Of a stretch of 64,000 nucleotides of DNA, positions 1 through 9,663 are shown piece by piece. Source of the DNA: a virus. Its lineage: Duplodnaviria > Heunggongvirae > Uroviricota > Caudoviricetes. The notes under the pieces were generated by a model. It worked only from the letters and a program-made list of their open reading frames with translations, had not been told where the DNA came from and did no database searches. The stretch spans positions 32,001 through 96,000 of IMG/VR virus record IMGVR_UViG_3300031414_000001; one strand, written 5' to 3'. Within the stretch, counting starts at the first letter, position 1, and the number at the start of each line of letters is the position of its first letter. Both the position numbers and the translations under genes were made by a program.

Positions 1-40
1 AGGTAACGCCTTCGGTGTATACGAATAGTACAGTACTCAT
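1..40 (-). CDS. 5' end of a hypothetical protein running off the left edge (MSTVLFVYTEGVT...)
   Basis: ATG at 40, preceded by AGGAAAG SD and a canonical sigma70 promoter. Confidence 0.6.
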   Translation of the reverse strand, partial: MSTVLFVYTEGVT

Positions 41-96
41 TTTCTTTCCTTTTTGTGATTAACTTAAAACATGAATCTTCCGAATTCATGAGGGTG

Positions 97-125
97 ATTC
101 TACAGCAAGATTTCCGGCCTGTCAA
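97..125 (-). promoter_or_regulatory. Canonical sigma70 (early-type) promoter TTGACA-N17-TAGAAT
   Basis: Minus strand reads TTGACA ggccggaaatcttgctg TAGAAT; perfect -35 and 17-nt spacer. Confidence 0.75.
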
Positions 126-136
126 GGACAAAAACG

Positions 137-162
137 AAAAAAGGACGAAATTACGTCCTTTT
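137..162. terminator. Intrinsic terminator, AAGGACG-stem family
   Basis: aaaaaaggacg-aaatta-cgtcctttt at the end of ORF 151..945. Confidence 0.7.
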
Positions 163-945
163 AATATTCCAATGGAATTCTGTTACTGGTACGAACTGTT
201 CCGGCATCGGAGTTAAGTCATACATCGTTCCATTTCTAAATTTTAGTATATACGTTCCGCTGAGAATAGCAACTGCTTTCTGTAAAGATTGCATCGCTCG
301 TTCCTTCCAGAAGTTCTCATACGGCTCAGGGCAGTTTAAATGATCATACCTATACATGCCTAAGCTTGCCTGTATTAAACGCTGTGGAGCCTCGGTACGT
401 CCATCTATAAGACTAGCACCATGCTGTACGGAAGTCCAGCCAGGAATGCCAGGTAATGAACAAAATAAATCAAAGTCACGAATACTTACACACATCTCTG
501 AATCCACAATCTGATTGTGAATAACTGCTTCTTTAGCAGTCTTGTATAACTGGAAATCCATGTATACAGCTTTATTATCAATGATGTGTTGTAGTTCATC
601 ATATGTTGTCGGTACTGGTAGTTCAGGCATCATTTGTCCGAACACTTCCATACAGAAGATTCTCCACAATCCGTTAGTGAAAGCTATCTCTGATTCATAT
701 ACTTCATCAATAAGAAATCTACCTCTACGGTATTTCTCATTGATGAATATCTTACGTGCCAGATATGCTTTCAGAACCATTTCAGTACTTACATCATCTC
801 GATTAATATCATCGTAATTCTTTCCAATACGGTTAATCTCATAAGTTCTTACGTATAAACGCTTACTTAATCCTACATTACCAATTGAATGAATAGCTGT
901 CCTTGTACTTTCGTGTAGTGCTATCAACATATTATAAATTTTCAT
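151..945 (-). CDS. Hypothetical protein
   Basis: 264-aa ORF, start coupled to upstream stop. Confidence 0.75.
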   Translation of the reverse strand: MKIYNMLIALHESTRTAIHSIGNVGLSKRLYVRTYEINRIGKNYDDINRDDVSTEMVLKAYLARKIFINEKYRRGRFLIDEVYESEIAFTNGLWRIFCMEVFGQMMPELPVPTTYDELQHIIDNKAVYMDFQLYKTAKEAVIHNQIVDSEMCVSIRDFDLFCSLPGIPGWTSVQHGASLIDGRTEAPQRLIQASLGMYRYDHLNCPEPYENFWKERAMQSLQKAVAILSGTYILKFRNGTMYDLTPMPEQFVPVTEFHWNIKRT

Positions 946-1628
946 TATCTTAGTACTACGTATTTCCCGTTAATACCAACAATGTATTCATTGCCAGATC
1001 TTAATACATCATAGTTCTCACCTAGAACCGCACTCAAACGAGTACCGTCTAATGTCATATCTTCAGATAGTAAATCTTTAACATAAGTTTCGTTTACAAT
1101 ACCTGAACCTTTACTATAATGTAATTCCGTTCCATAAACACTTTTAATCTTGATGCTTTCATTTACAATTTCAACATTTACTGCTGCGAAGTCAAAGAAC
1201 TCTTTTAGTTCTTCTTCTGATACAAGTTCCATGTCATTTGTAATTTGATCAACATCTAAATCAATCGGGTCATTAACCCCGTACATCTGTAACTTCCAAC
1301 CTGGATTTGGGCAGATGTTTTCAATGCTTTTCATTAGCTCTATTAGTTTAGCAGGGAATTCACCATTACGTTCAAATTCAACAAATACTTGATAGCGTCC
1401 ATCAACGTTTGGTGTTTCGGCTGCTTCAGTATCAATTACGTCTACTGGTGAACGTTCAATGAATGAACTCAAATCATATGCTGCGTCAAAATTATCCAGT
1501 ACTTGAAATAGAACAACAATGTTCGAATCATCAATCTTTGGAGTATATTCATCAACGCTGATGATTGGATGTACTAAATCTTTCAGTACTAATGGTCTTA
1601 ATGCTCGTTCGTAAATTCTTTTAGTCAT
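945..1628 (-). CDS. Hypothetical phage protein (possible head-associated)
   Basis: 227-aa acidic ORF, coupled to neighbours, several L/I-x-E motifs. Confidence 0.7.
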   Translation of the reverse strand: MTKRIYERALRPLVLKDLVHPIISVDEYTPKIDDSNIVVLFQVLDNFDAAYDLSSFIERSPVDVIDTEAAETPNVDGRYQVFVEFERNGEFPAKLIELMKSIENICPNPGWKLQMYGVNDPIDLDVDQITNDMELVSEEELKEFFDFAAVNVEIVNESIKIKSVYGTELHYSKGSGIVNETYVKDLLSEDMTLDGTRLSAVLGENYDVLRSGNEYIVGINGKYVVLR

Positions 1629-2197
1629 TACATGCCCCCTTGTGGTTCGTCAAATTGAATATCATCAGAACCCGCATTTGGGTCTTGTTGATCTTGCTGT
1701 TCTGGTTGTTGTTCAGGAGCAGCAGTTTCTTCTTCATTCATAGAATTACTGTTGAAATCAGAAGCCATCAATTTGTATTCATCGAAACTTTCAGGGTTAA
1801 CTAAACGACGAGGAATTTGAAACTTCACTAACAGAATTGGTGTACGTTCATCTTTTGGTGTACTAAGGTTAGCAGCATTACCTAGAATGCTTTGCATATC
1901 ATCATTGCTGCGTGGGTGCTCAATTGGGTGAACTTCCCAATCTGGACGAACAAAAATCTTTGTTCCTTGTTTTTCGAATATCTTCGTTGCTACAGGATCT
2001 GGAAATGTGTCATGGGAAAATTTAAGAGTAATTTCTACCCAATATTTGGAGACATTCGGCCCCTCAACAATTTCACCATTAATCCAGTTCTTATAAGCAT
2101 ACAAATCCATGTTATCAAAATATTCTTCAACGCCAAGAAGAATGTCTAATAAACCGTCTTGATCGTAAAGATTTTGAATTGCTTGTGAACTATCCAT
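1628..2197 (-). CDS. Hypothetical phage protein
   Basis: 189-aa ORF, AAGGA SD, TAAATA at 2253-2258 upstream. Confidence 0.75.
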   Translation of the reverse strand: MDSSQAIQNLYDQDGLLDILLGVEEYFDNMDLYAYKNWINGEIVEGPNVSKYWVEITLKFSHDTFPDPVATKIFEKQGTKIFVRPDWEVHPIEHPRSNDDMQSILGNAANLSTPKDERTPILLVKFQIPRRLVNPESFDEYKLMASDFNSNSMNEEETAAPEQQPEQQDQQDPNAGSDDIQFDEPQGGM

Positions 2198-2275
2198 GTA
2201 TATCTTTCCTTTAAGGTTACTTCTCGGTATGAGAATCGTAATAATATAACCTTATTTACTAAACAGAAAAGGGGA

Positions 2276-2899
2276 TTACTCCCCTTTGATTGCTTCAGTA
2301 ATATGGAAGAACATTTGACCCCAATCGTTAACGAATTGATACCGTGGATCATCAGTACTGTCAGCGTTATGAGAACATTTCAGTACTAGAGTATCTAAAC
2401 CTAGACTTTGTGCTACATCAATATTAGCCAGATGATCATCAACTACAGTTACAATATCATACTGTTCTTTCAACTTAGCATAAGTACTGCGTTTAGATTG
2501 ATAGTTTTCAAGGATAATTACATCGTCGAAAATATCACCGAACACATTAATCAGATTTACCTTACGCAGTACTTCACCATGTCCGAACGTACCACTTTTC
2601 GTAACAACGATAAAGGCTACATCTGGATTTTCACGACGAAGTTCTTTCATTGCTGGAACCGTGTGAATATCCATAGGCTCAAGCAATCCAAATTCTACAC
2701 TGTAGAAGTTAAAGTTCTTAAGCAAATCCATTACCTGTTCACCATCACACTGTAACCAATCCTGAAGATTGTATTGCATTGGTTCGCCAACAGTTTCAAT
2801 ATCGTAGTATTTTTCGACGTACTTTTTAAAACCGCCTAGATGATTCAATAGAATCTCGTCACAATCTAAGATGACTGCTTTCTTTTTCTGGTTTGACAT
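2276..2899 (-). CDS. HAD-superfamily 5'(3')-deoxyribonucleotidase-like phosphatase
   Basis: N-terminal hhhDxD motif (VILDCDE), motif II IVVT, motif IV VVDD. Confidence 0.75.
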   Translation of the reverse strand: MSNQKKKAVILDCDEILLNHLGGFKKYVEKYYDIETVGEPMQYNLQDWLQCDGEQVMDLLKNFNFYSVEFGLLEPMDIHTVPAMKELRRENPDVAFIVVTKSGTFGHGEVLRKVNLINVFGDIFDDVIILENYQSKRSTYAKLKEQYDIVTVVDDHLANIDVAQSLGLDTLVLKCSHNADSTDDPRYQFVNDWGQMFFHITEAIKGE

Positions 2900-2910
2900 T
2901 ATCTTGTCCT

Positions 2911-3864
2911 TTACATTTGGTCGTTACAGATCAAATCCACTTCACATAGTAATGCTGATAGGTTCATCTCGCGGTCAGAAACGGAAGCTTGTTTTACAAC
3001 AGCATCACGAATCTTCACTTTGATCTTCATTTCTTTGATTTCGTCTTGTGTGAACATATCTACGTTACGGTACAGGAACGAAAAGAAGCCATCAATTTCA
3101 TCTTCTGGAATGTTCTGTACGATTTGTTCACGCATCTGACGAATATTACCAGCTTCAAGAGCATCAATAATAGCCGCACGATAACTGGCAGTACTATCAA
3201 TTGAGTCTTCAAGCTTAACTAGTTTACCTTTAACTACTGAGCTTTGCAACGTGTTTAAGGTTTTACGGAAATCAGGGAATGTACATTTAATGTACTTGTT
3301 CACCAAGTCTAGACTTTCTTCGGAATCCAGTTCTACACCTTCAGCCAATAGAATTTCAATAATACGAGTGGTGAAATCATCCTGATCATGTTTCTCGATT
3401 ACAATACTTTGTACACGAGACAAAATTGGTTTAAGAATTTTGTGTTGTTCATTTGATGTTAGAATAAAACGAGCATTCTCGTGATAATCTTCCATAATAC
3501 GTTTTAGTGAACCCTGAGCTTTCTGACCCATTTGTTCCATTTCTTCCAGTACGAAGATACGATAATCACCAAAAGCACTTAGACGAGCAGCAGCATCAAT
3601 CTTTTCACGTACTGCGTCCATACCTTCATCTGACATATTAAGAATTGTCACGTCTGAAGGATCTACGAATCCATTCTCTACTAGACCATTAATTAGTACT
3701 TTAATAGCTGTAGTTTTACCAGTACCTGCTGGACCAAAGAATCCAATATGTGGAATTTCACCAGTTTCGATCCACTCTAACATTTTCTGCTTGAATGCTG
3801 GATTCTTAAACACATATTCATCAACGGTTCCTGGGCGATACTTTTCTGTCCATAGAGTGGTCAT
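2911..3864 (-). CDS. 44: Clamp loader large subunit (T4 gp44/RFC-like AAA+)
   Basis: WTEKYRP RFC box, Walker A GPAGTGKTT, FILTSN, ILSR. Confidence 0.92.
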   Translation of the reverse strand: MTTLWTEKYRPGTVDEYVFKNPAFKQKMLEWIETGEIPHIGFFGPAGTGKTTAIKVLINGLVENGFVDPSDVTILNMSDEGMDAVREKIDAAARLSAFGDYRIFVLEEMEQMGQKAQGSLKRIMEDYHENARFILTSNEQHKILKPILSRVQSIVIEKHDQDDFTTRIIEILLAEGVELDSEESLDLVNKYIKCTFPDFRKTLNTLQSSVVKGKLVKLEDSIDSTASYRAAIIDALEAGNIRQMREQIVQNIPEDEIDGFFSFLYRNVDMFTQDEIKEMKIKVKIRDAVVKQASVSDREMNLSALLCEVDLICNDQM

Positions 3865-3866
3865 GC

Positions 3867-4163
3867 TTATTCCTTTTTAGTATTGTCTTCATTTATCCAT
3901 TCTGGATAAAGTAATGCTGTAAATAATTCTTCTGTCATTTCTAACTGGTCTAACAAGTAATCCAACGAGTTAGATTGGTTCGGATATTCAGTACCGAATC
4001 TTCTTGCTTCTGAGGCTGTAACCAACATGAATTTAAATTGATCTTCATCAACTGTATAAACTCTACCTTTATTCTTTGGTGTCTGGAAATATAATTTACC
4101 AGAAGGATTAGTACTTACCAGTTCTACATCATAGAAATTAAATTTTCCGTTTTCTACACTCAT
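3867..4163 (-). CDS. Hypothetical protein
   Basis: 98-aa ORF in operon orientation. Confidence 0.65.
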   Translation of the reverse strand: MSVENGKFNFYDVELVSTNPSGKLYFQTPKNKGRVYTVDEDQFKFMLVTASEARRFGTEYPNQSNSLDYLLDQLEMTEELFTALLYPEWINEDNTKKE

Positions 4164-4206
4164 AAAATTCCGACAAAAAGAAAGCCCTGACTAAGCAGGG
4201 CATAAA

Positions 4207-4527
4207 TTAGTATCCTAGACCTAAGAAGTCTGGACGTTCATCAGCAGCAGCGATAACGCCTTTCGGATAATCAACTAAATTTAAAGATACTTCATCAATA
4301 GTAATTGTTCTACTCCAACGACCATGAGCCACCAGAATCCAATCACCAGGTTTCAATTCAGTAATATCTTCACCAACGGAATATACCTTAGCCCAACGAC
4401 TATGTACACCACGTACAGTACCGTCATCATCACGAAGGACAATACCGGATTTTAATTTTTGTTCACCTGTATCTAAATCTGATACAAGGACTTTGCCTTT
4501 ACAAGCTGTAAGTACTTTCGACTCCAT
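4207..4527 (-). CDS. GroES-like co-chaperonin (copy 1)
   Basis: Start reassigned to MESKV (TAAGGA SD); mobile loop EQKLKSGIVL, VYSVG, LKPGDWIL. Confidence 0.8.
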   Translation of the reverse strand: MESKVLTACKGKVLVSDLDTGEQKLKSGIVLRDDDGTVRGVHSRWAKVYSVGEDITELKPGDWILVAHGRWSRTITIDEVSLNLVDYPKGVIAAADERPDFLGLGY

Positions 4528-4537
4528 TTGAATATCC

Positions 4538-4897
4538 TTATTCTTGATCAGCAGCGTCATCTTTAGTTTTCGCACGTTTAACTGGTGCTTTCTTTTCTTC
4601 GACTGGTTCTTGTGGTTCAATCTCGAATTGAGCATCATCGAAACCTGTATCTGCGAAGTCAAAAGTATCTGGAGCCATTGAATGGCTTTGATGCTCTGGA
4701 CTAATATCAGGTTTCTGTAGTTCACGTTCACGTTCAGCTAATAGATCTTCACGCTTCTTAATAACTGTGCCGCCTCGACCGATAATATCACCACGTGCGT
4801 TCATATTGGCATTGCCAATAGCTACACTATGTTGGTGCTGGAACTTCAACATTTCCATATCGATCTTCTGACCGCGATAGCTAGTGTGTTTCTTCAT
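4538..4897 (-). CDS. Hypothetical protein
   Basis: 119-aa ORF directly behind a TGAAAT-N17-TATAAT promoter. Confidence 0.7.
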   Translation of the reverse strand: MKKHTSYRGQKIDMEMLKFQHQHSVAIGNANMNARGDIIGRGGTVIKKREDLLAERERELQKPDISPEHQSHSMAPDTFDFADTGFDDAQFEIEPQEPVEEKKAPVKRAKTKDDAADQE

Positions 4898-4923
4898 AAA
4901 AATCCCTTTTCATTTGTAGGTAC

Positions 4924-4952
4924 ATTATACCATAAATTTTGTTACCATTTCA
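4924..4952 (-). promoter_or_regulatory. Phage middle-type promoter TGAAAT-N17-TATAAT
   Basis: Member of the 13-copy motif. Confidence 0.7.
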
Positions 4953-5460
4953 AAAATTCGTTAACATCTAAGTCGTATTTAATAGAATCTACCATGTGTA
5001 GTTCTATCAGGAATAGACAATAGCTGCTTACTGAACTTCCACGACCTAAACCCCAAAAGATATTATGTTCTTTTAGATAATCTACCAGCCATATCATACA
5101 GCGAAGCAGTTTAGTCATGTTATAGCTTTCATATAATCCCAATTCATACAGTACTCGTTCACGTTGAACATCAGTACTGCATAAATTAAGGAAGTAGTCT
5201 TCTAGATTGATTTTATCATAAGCTGAGTCATAACGCCATAGTTCATGATTCCTATCATGCTCTATAGTGTAATCTAGCATACGTTCTTCTAATCCGAACT
5301 TACGACAATTATCGTTGAACTTCAATCGTTCAGCTTCGTCTTGTTCGTTAAGCTGGATATAACTTATATCAGCACCGCAGTTGATAGCGTACACAACTGC
5401 GTTTAGATCTAAGCGAACGTCACCATCCTCGCTTATAGTTCGATTTCCTTGTACTTTCAT
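4942..5460 (-). CDS. DNA polymerase III alpha (DnaE)-like protein, N-terminal fragment
   Basis: RVLYEL...WGLGRGSSVSSY...VDSIKYDL..EFL matches DnaE RL..EL...GPGRGSGAGSL...[14 protein letters not shown]; start set at MKVQG. Confidence 0.8.
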   Translation of the reverse strand: MKVQGNRTISEDGDVRLDLNAVVYAINCGADISYIQLNEQDEAERLKFNDNCRKFGLEERMLDYTIEHDRNHELWRYDSAYDKINLEDYFLNLCSTDVQRERVLYELGLYESYNMTKLLRCMIWLVDYLKEHNIFWGLGRGSSVSSYCLFLIELHMVDSIKYDLDVNEFLKW

Positions 5461-5737
5461 TCTTTTTGTCTTCAGTTCCAGTGTTAATATAACTGTCCGA
5501 ATCAAATACAGTTTTGTTGTCTGCTTCTTTCTGTTGAGCTTCTAAGTCAGATTTAGCCTGACGAGTTCGAAGTTCTTCTTCGCATGAGCGAATAACAGAG
5601 AACATTTGCTGTATAATTTCGTACTGTACACCAGCAGAACGTGCTGATGAAATACGCATTGAGACTTCATTGATTTTATCATAAAGCTCTTGATTGCTTA
5701 AAGAAGAAGTATCAAAAAATGGATGGAACATACACAT
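5420..5737 (-). CDS. Hypothetical protein
   Basis: 105-aa helical ORF overlapping the dnaE-N start. Confidence 0.65.
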   Translation of the reverse strand: MCMFHPFFDTSSLSNQELYDKINEVSMRISSARSAGVQYEIIQQMFSVIRSCEEELRTRQAKSDLEAQQKEADNKTVFDSDSYINTGTEDKKNESTRKSNYKRGW

Positions 5738-5742
5738 CCCCC

Positions 5743-8112
5743 TTATTGAAATAGATTTGGCACTTTTAATGTTGCCGTAAAGTTTTCACGCTCATAACGA
5801 GCATTATCTTGAACATAGTAACTAAATTCTACCCCTGTAACTTCGAACTCATAATTCAATAACGCACCATGTTCATTATTCTGAATTAGTGTGTTGAAGA
5901 ATGTTTCACCCTGTCCTGGCTGTAAGTAAGCAACTACAATTCCAGGGAAGTATTCGGCTTGAATATTATCTTCGATATAAGGATGGTTCATGAAGCGTGG
6001 TACAGTATCTATCATTTCATCTGATAGACCACCAATAGCATCAACTACGATTCCACGGTTATTTAGATCTGTAGGGTCGGTTAGCAAGTTAACGGTATCT
6101 TCACCAAGAACTAGATATACGTTTTGACGTAATCCAAAGATTTCAGAAATGATTGAATTGCTATAATCAGTATACACAAGTGGATTCAAACTAAGACTTA
6201 CTTGAGTTCCTTCAGGGTGTACTTCTCTGTATAGTACATCATACAGTACGTTTCCTGCGTTGTCAAGGGCTGAACGAACTTTATAGTTACCAAGTACTAA
6301 ACGGAATGATCCGTCAGGCGTTGGAGCACCACTAGTTGTGTTCACTATACCATTACGAATGTTAGTAACAGTTTGTTTAATACCAGGCCAATTATGAGTT
6401 GTGTCCACATAGTTTTCTTTTAGAAGAATACGAGGAACTTTACGAACACCATAACGAGGATCAGAAGCACGATAGTACTGAGCTTGACTGAATGCTGTAG
6501 TACTGATGGTATTGAACCAAGTACGTTCCATTGTCAAAGATGGTTGAATATCAGCACTGATAAAGTTCTGACCGAAACCGCGAACAATTGTAATGTTGAA
6601 ACGTTGGGTTAATGATTTACCATTTTTTCCAGTTGCTACTACATCGAACTCTAATTTAATATCATCGTTCGCTGAGAAGTCTGTGCTTAAAGCATACGCA
6701 GTACCAATCATAAATCCATCAGCACTTAAATCTAATCCGTACTTACGAATATCATTCGGTGAAGTACTTTCATTGATTTCGTATGTGATTAAGTCAGAAC
6801 CACTGGCAACAATTTTAGGATACACAGTATGACCAAAATATTCACCTACGTGAATTGTACCTAAATTAGCATCAGTTTCAAATGAAATATCAGTACCAGT
6901 ATCCCCATTTAAGATAATACGGAATATTCTAGTATTGTTGATAATACCTGAACCTAATGATTCATTATAAATTCCTAAATCATACCATTTTGTAGCATCA
7001 TATGAAATTACCGGATTACCTTCAAATACATCTTCTGATACAACATAAGGATATATGGTAGTATCTTTTAATTGATATAAATGACCGCTGATTGGTACAT
7101 CATGAAAATCAGAAGTATCAGTTGGAGCAATCCAAGTTTGATAAGCACGGAAACGTTTACCGACATAATAAGCATCAGCTTCAGTACTGTAATAACGTTT
7201 AACTGAAACTACTCGAATTTTGATATAAGCATCAATTGGGTCTGAATCATAGAGCATAGTCTGAATAATCTGACCGTTGTTTCCATTGAATTTTAAGCCA
7301 GTATTAACTAAGTTGCCAGTACTGTCTTTAACAAGTAAAGGAACTTCTTCTAATAGACCATTACTTAAATCTGGAACTAAAATTGTTCCTGAACCAGTAA
7401 TATTAGTACTAGGTTTTTCTGAATCAAGAATAGTCAGTACTTCGTAAGCTGGCATGAATACATTAGTAGCACCGTTTATTGATTGACTTTTACCGAATGC
7501 TTGAACGAACAAGCGACTTTCAGCACCATAACCTACACCACCAATGGTGTATAGATTAGAACCATGAGTTGTTAATCCTGGTGTTAGCCAAATTTCGTTA
7601 GTGGTGTTATAATTCAAAGTACTTGAAGTTGTTCCGAGAACACCGCTCGGTAGCGTATTTGCTATTTGACCATCTAGCAACGTAATTACGTTGATACTGT
7701 CAATATTGAATGTTAATGATTCTGGACCATCCCATATTCCATCTTGTGGACATTCTATCTTAAAGTAATAAGCATCAATATAAGATACAGAACTTAAATC
7801 ATATGATTTAGTACTGAATTTTACTACATGCGTACCTTGAGTAGTGGATACTCCAGTTCCTGCGTTGCCAATTGGAACTAATGAAGAAGTACTTTCACCT
7901 ACACTAACTATAAAATCGCGTTCTTCTAAAGTCTCACCAGCACCGACGATGTTATAAGTAAATTCCAAGTACTGGTCATCAGTTAAAACATAAGTATTAT
8001 CGGTAGAAGTTGATTGACTCTTTTTCAAGCGTAGTCTAAAATAGGTGGTTTGTCCTTCTTGTATTGTATTGGTGTCAGCGATCAAATCCCATTGGGGTTC
8101 GAAGTTTGCCAT
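5743..8112 (-). CDS. Large virion structural protein (baseplate/tail-like, Ig-like beta repeats)
   Basis: T/S/G/N-rich beta-type sequence; GGAG SD before MANFEP; TAAATA at 8145-8150. Confidence 0.6.
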   Translation of the reverse strand: MANFEPQWDLIADTNTIQEGQTTYFRLRLKKSQSTSTDNTYVLTDDQYLEFTYNIVGAGETLEERDFIVSVGESTSSLVPIGNAGTGVSTTQGTHVVKFSTKSYDLSSVSYIDAYYFKIECPQDGIWDGPESLTFNIDSINVITLLDGQIANTLPSGVLGTTSSTLNYNTTNEIWLTPGLTTHGSNLYTIGGVGYGAESRLFVQAFGKSQSINGATNVFMPAYEVLTILDSEKPSTNITGSGTILVPDLSNGLLEEVPLLVKDSTGNLVNTGLKFNGNNGQIIQTMLYDSDPIDAYIKIRVVSVKRYYSTEADAYYVGKRFRAYQTWIAPTDTSDFHDVPISGHLYQLKDTTIYPYVVSEDVFEGNPVISYDATKWYDLGIYNESLGSGIINNTRIFRIILNGDTGTDISFETDANLGTIHVGEYFGHTVYPKIVASGSDLITYEINESTSPNDIRKYGLDLSADGFMIGTAYALSTDFSANDDIKLEFDVVATGKNGKSLTQRFNITIVRGFGQNFISADIQPSLTMERTWFNTISTTAFSQAQYYRASDPRYGVRKVPRILLKENYVDTTHNWPGIKQTVTNIRNGIVNTTSGAPTPDGSFRLVLGNYKVRSALDNAGNVLYDVLYREVHPEGTQVSLSLNPLVYTDYSNSIISEIFGLRQNVYLVLGEDTVNLLTDPTDLNNRGIVVDAIGGLSDEMIDTVPRFMNHPYIEDNIQAEYFPGIVVAYLQPGQGETFFNTLIQNNEHGALLNYEFEVTGVEFSYYVQDNARYERENFTATLKVPNLFQ

Positions 8113-8172
8113 ATCTAATCTCCAAAACATAAAAAGCTTTGTCGTATTTATTCTATGGGCTTAATTAAAAAT

Positions 8173-8193
8173 AAAGGACGCCGAAGCGTCCTT
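8173..8193 (-). terminator. Intrinsic terminator, AAGGACGC-stem family
   Basis: aaggacgc-cgaa-gcgtcctt (UUCG loop on the minus strand) after the topoisomerase gene. Confidence 0.75.
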
Positions 8194-8198
8194 AAAAA

Positions 8199-9614
8199 TT
8201 ATTCATCATCATCTTTATAGACGATGTTCATGTTACGAAGTTCTATGAGTTCTTCTTCGTAGATTTTCCAAATCTTGTCATGATTCTCTAGCAAATCATT
8301 GTATTCATCCATCTTCGCTAAGGCATCTTCAATTTCTTGATTTACCTTAACGTAGTTTTCTTTAGTCCAACGATACGCCGCGAAGTTCACGATGTTCTGT
8401 ACGTTTTCCTCGGATGCTTCAATTTCAGCATTCAATGAGGTTACAAAGTCAACAACTTCCGCACGGTTCTCAAATTCTTTAATCTTAACAGTCATGTCGT
8501 TTTCAAAACATTCTTTAACCAGAATCTTATAACGCACTTCTGCGTCAGCATCGGCTAGAAGTTTCTCATAACGCTTGATGTAGTATTTGAATCGGAACTC
8601 AACGAAGTCCGAGATTATATCTTGAACAGTGTTGTAACTTTTTACTTTTCCGTTTTCACCTAAAACATTGAGGGTATGTGCCAATTTTGTTGAAATGTCA
8701 AAATACTGAAGCACATCCATTTCTGACCATGAAGCCGAAAGACCACGTGGTAGTTTTATGGTAATGTCAACCTTACCAGAACTGTTATCATCGTAGCTAC
8801 GGATTTTACCTGAATCTTCCATTGCGATCAAGTCCTCAACGAATTTTTCTAGTTTCATACGTGGAGCTAGACCAGTAATACGAACAGTACTTGCATCGAT
8901 TACTTCAGCTTTACCGAAGAAAGTATACTTACCTTCGCCACGGTCTTCAACATAATCGTTCGCACCATAACTTGCGTAGTACGGCATCATTTCTAAAAGT
9001 TCTTCACCACGGATAGCACGGAGAGTGTTCTCAATGATTTCGTTCATACGATATGGGAAGATAAAACTTTTATACGCTGTCGCAGTACCATCAACGCCAA
9101 GTAGTGCTAATGGAATAATTGGTAGGAAGAACTTAGGTTCCATTGTAGTACCGTCATAGTTTTCCTGCATCGGTACAACATCCATATCACGAAGTACTAA
9201 AGCTTCGGTGAGTTTGGTTTTCTTCACATATGTATAACGTGGGCTTGCTGGTTCAGGGTTAACCTGAGTACCAAATCCACCACGCTTACCAATAAGTGGA
9301 TAGTTGTTCACAACTGGACTTGCTAGGTTCTGTAGAGTACCACTAGCAGAAGCATCACCATGAAGATAGATACCATCACTAATCATACGACCAGCACAAG
9401 ATACAGTTTTGATTTCACCACTTACTTTACTCAAAGTGAAGATAGCTTTACGCTGTGAGTTTTTGAAACCATCAATCCCAGGTAGAGCACGATCAAAAGT
9501 ACTCAAAGCATATTCTAGGGATGATTGGTTGATATAGTCTGAGCTACCATAGCCTAACAGAGTTAGAGCATTAGGTACAATCTCAGCTTGGGTTTTCTTT
9601 GTTGATTTACGCAT
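8199..9614 (-). CDS. 52: Type II topoisomerase, GyrA/ParC-like subunit (T4 gp52)
   Basis: RALPGIDGFK..QRK, YLHGDAS, catalytic ASPRYT, EPKFFLP. Confidence 0.93.
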   Translation of the reverse strand: MRKSTKKTQAEIVPNALTLLGYGSSDYINQSSLEYALSTFDRALPGIDGFKNSQRKAIFTLSKVSGEIKTVSCAGRMISDGIYLHGDASASGTLQNLASPVVNNYPLIGKRGGFGTQVNPEPASPRYTYVKKTKLTEALVLRDMDVVPMQENYDGTTMEPKFFLPIIPLALLGVDGTATAYKSFIFPYRMNEIIENTLRAIRGEELLEMMPYYASYGANDYVEDRGEGKYTFFGKAEVIDASTVRITGLAPRMKLEKFVEDLIAMEDSGKIRSYDDNSSGKVDITIKLPRGLSASWSEMDVLQYFDISTKLAHTLNVLGENGKVKSYNTVQDIISDFVEFRFKYYIKRYEKLLADADAEVRYKILVKECFENDMTVKIKEFENRAEVVDFVTSLNAEIEASEENVQNIVNFAAYRWTKENYVKVNQEIEDALAKMDEYNDLLENHDKIWKIYEEELIELRNMNIVYKDDDE

Positions 9615-9663
9615 TTCCTTTGCCTCTTTGCTAATACGGGGAACTCCTGTTCCCCACTAATAA

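Noticed and set aside
4528-4731. Long N-terminal extensions in the ORF track (also 11685, 17343, 46283, 56147, 61415, 63788)
   Set aside because: They overlap upstream genes or promoters; downstream ATGs have proper SDs or match the start of homology.
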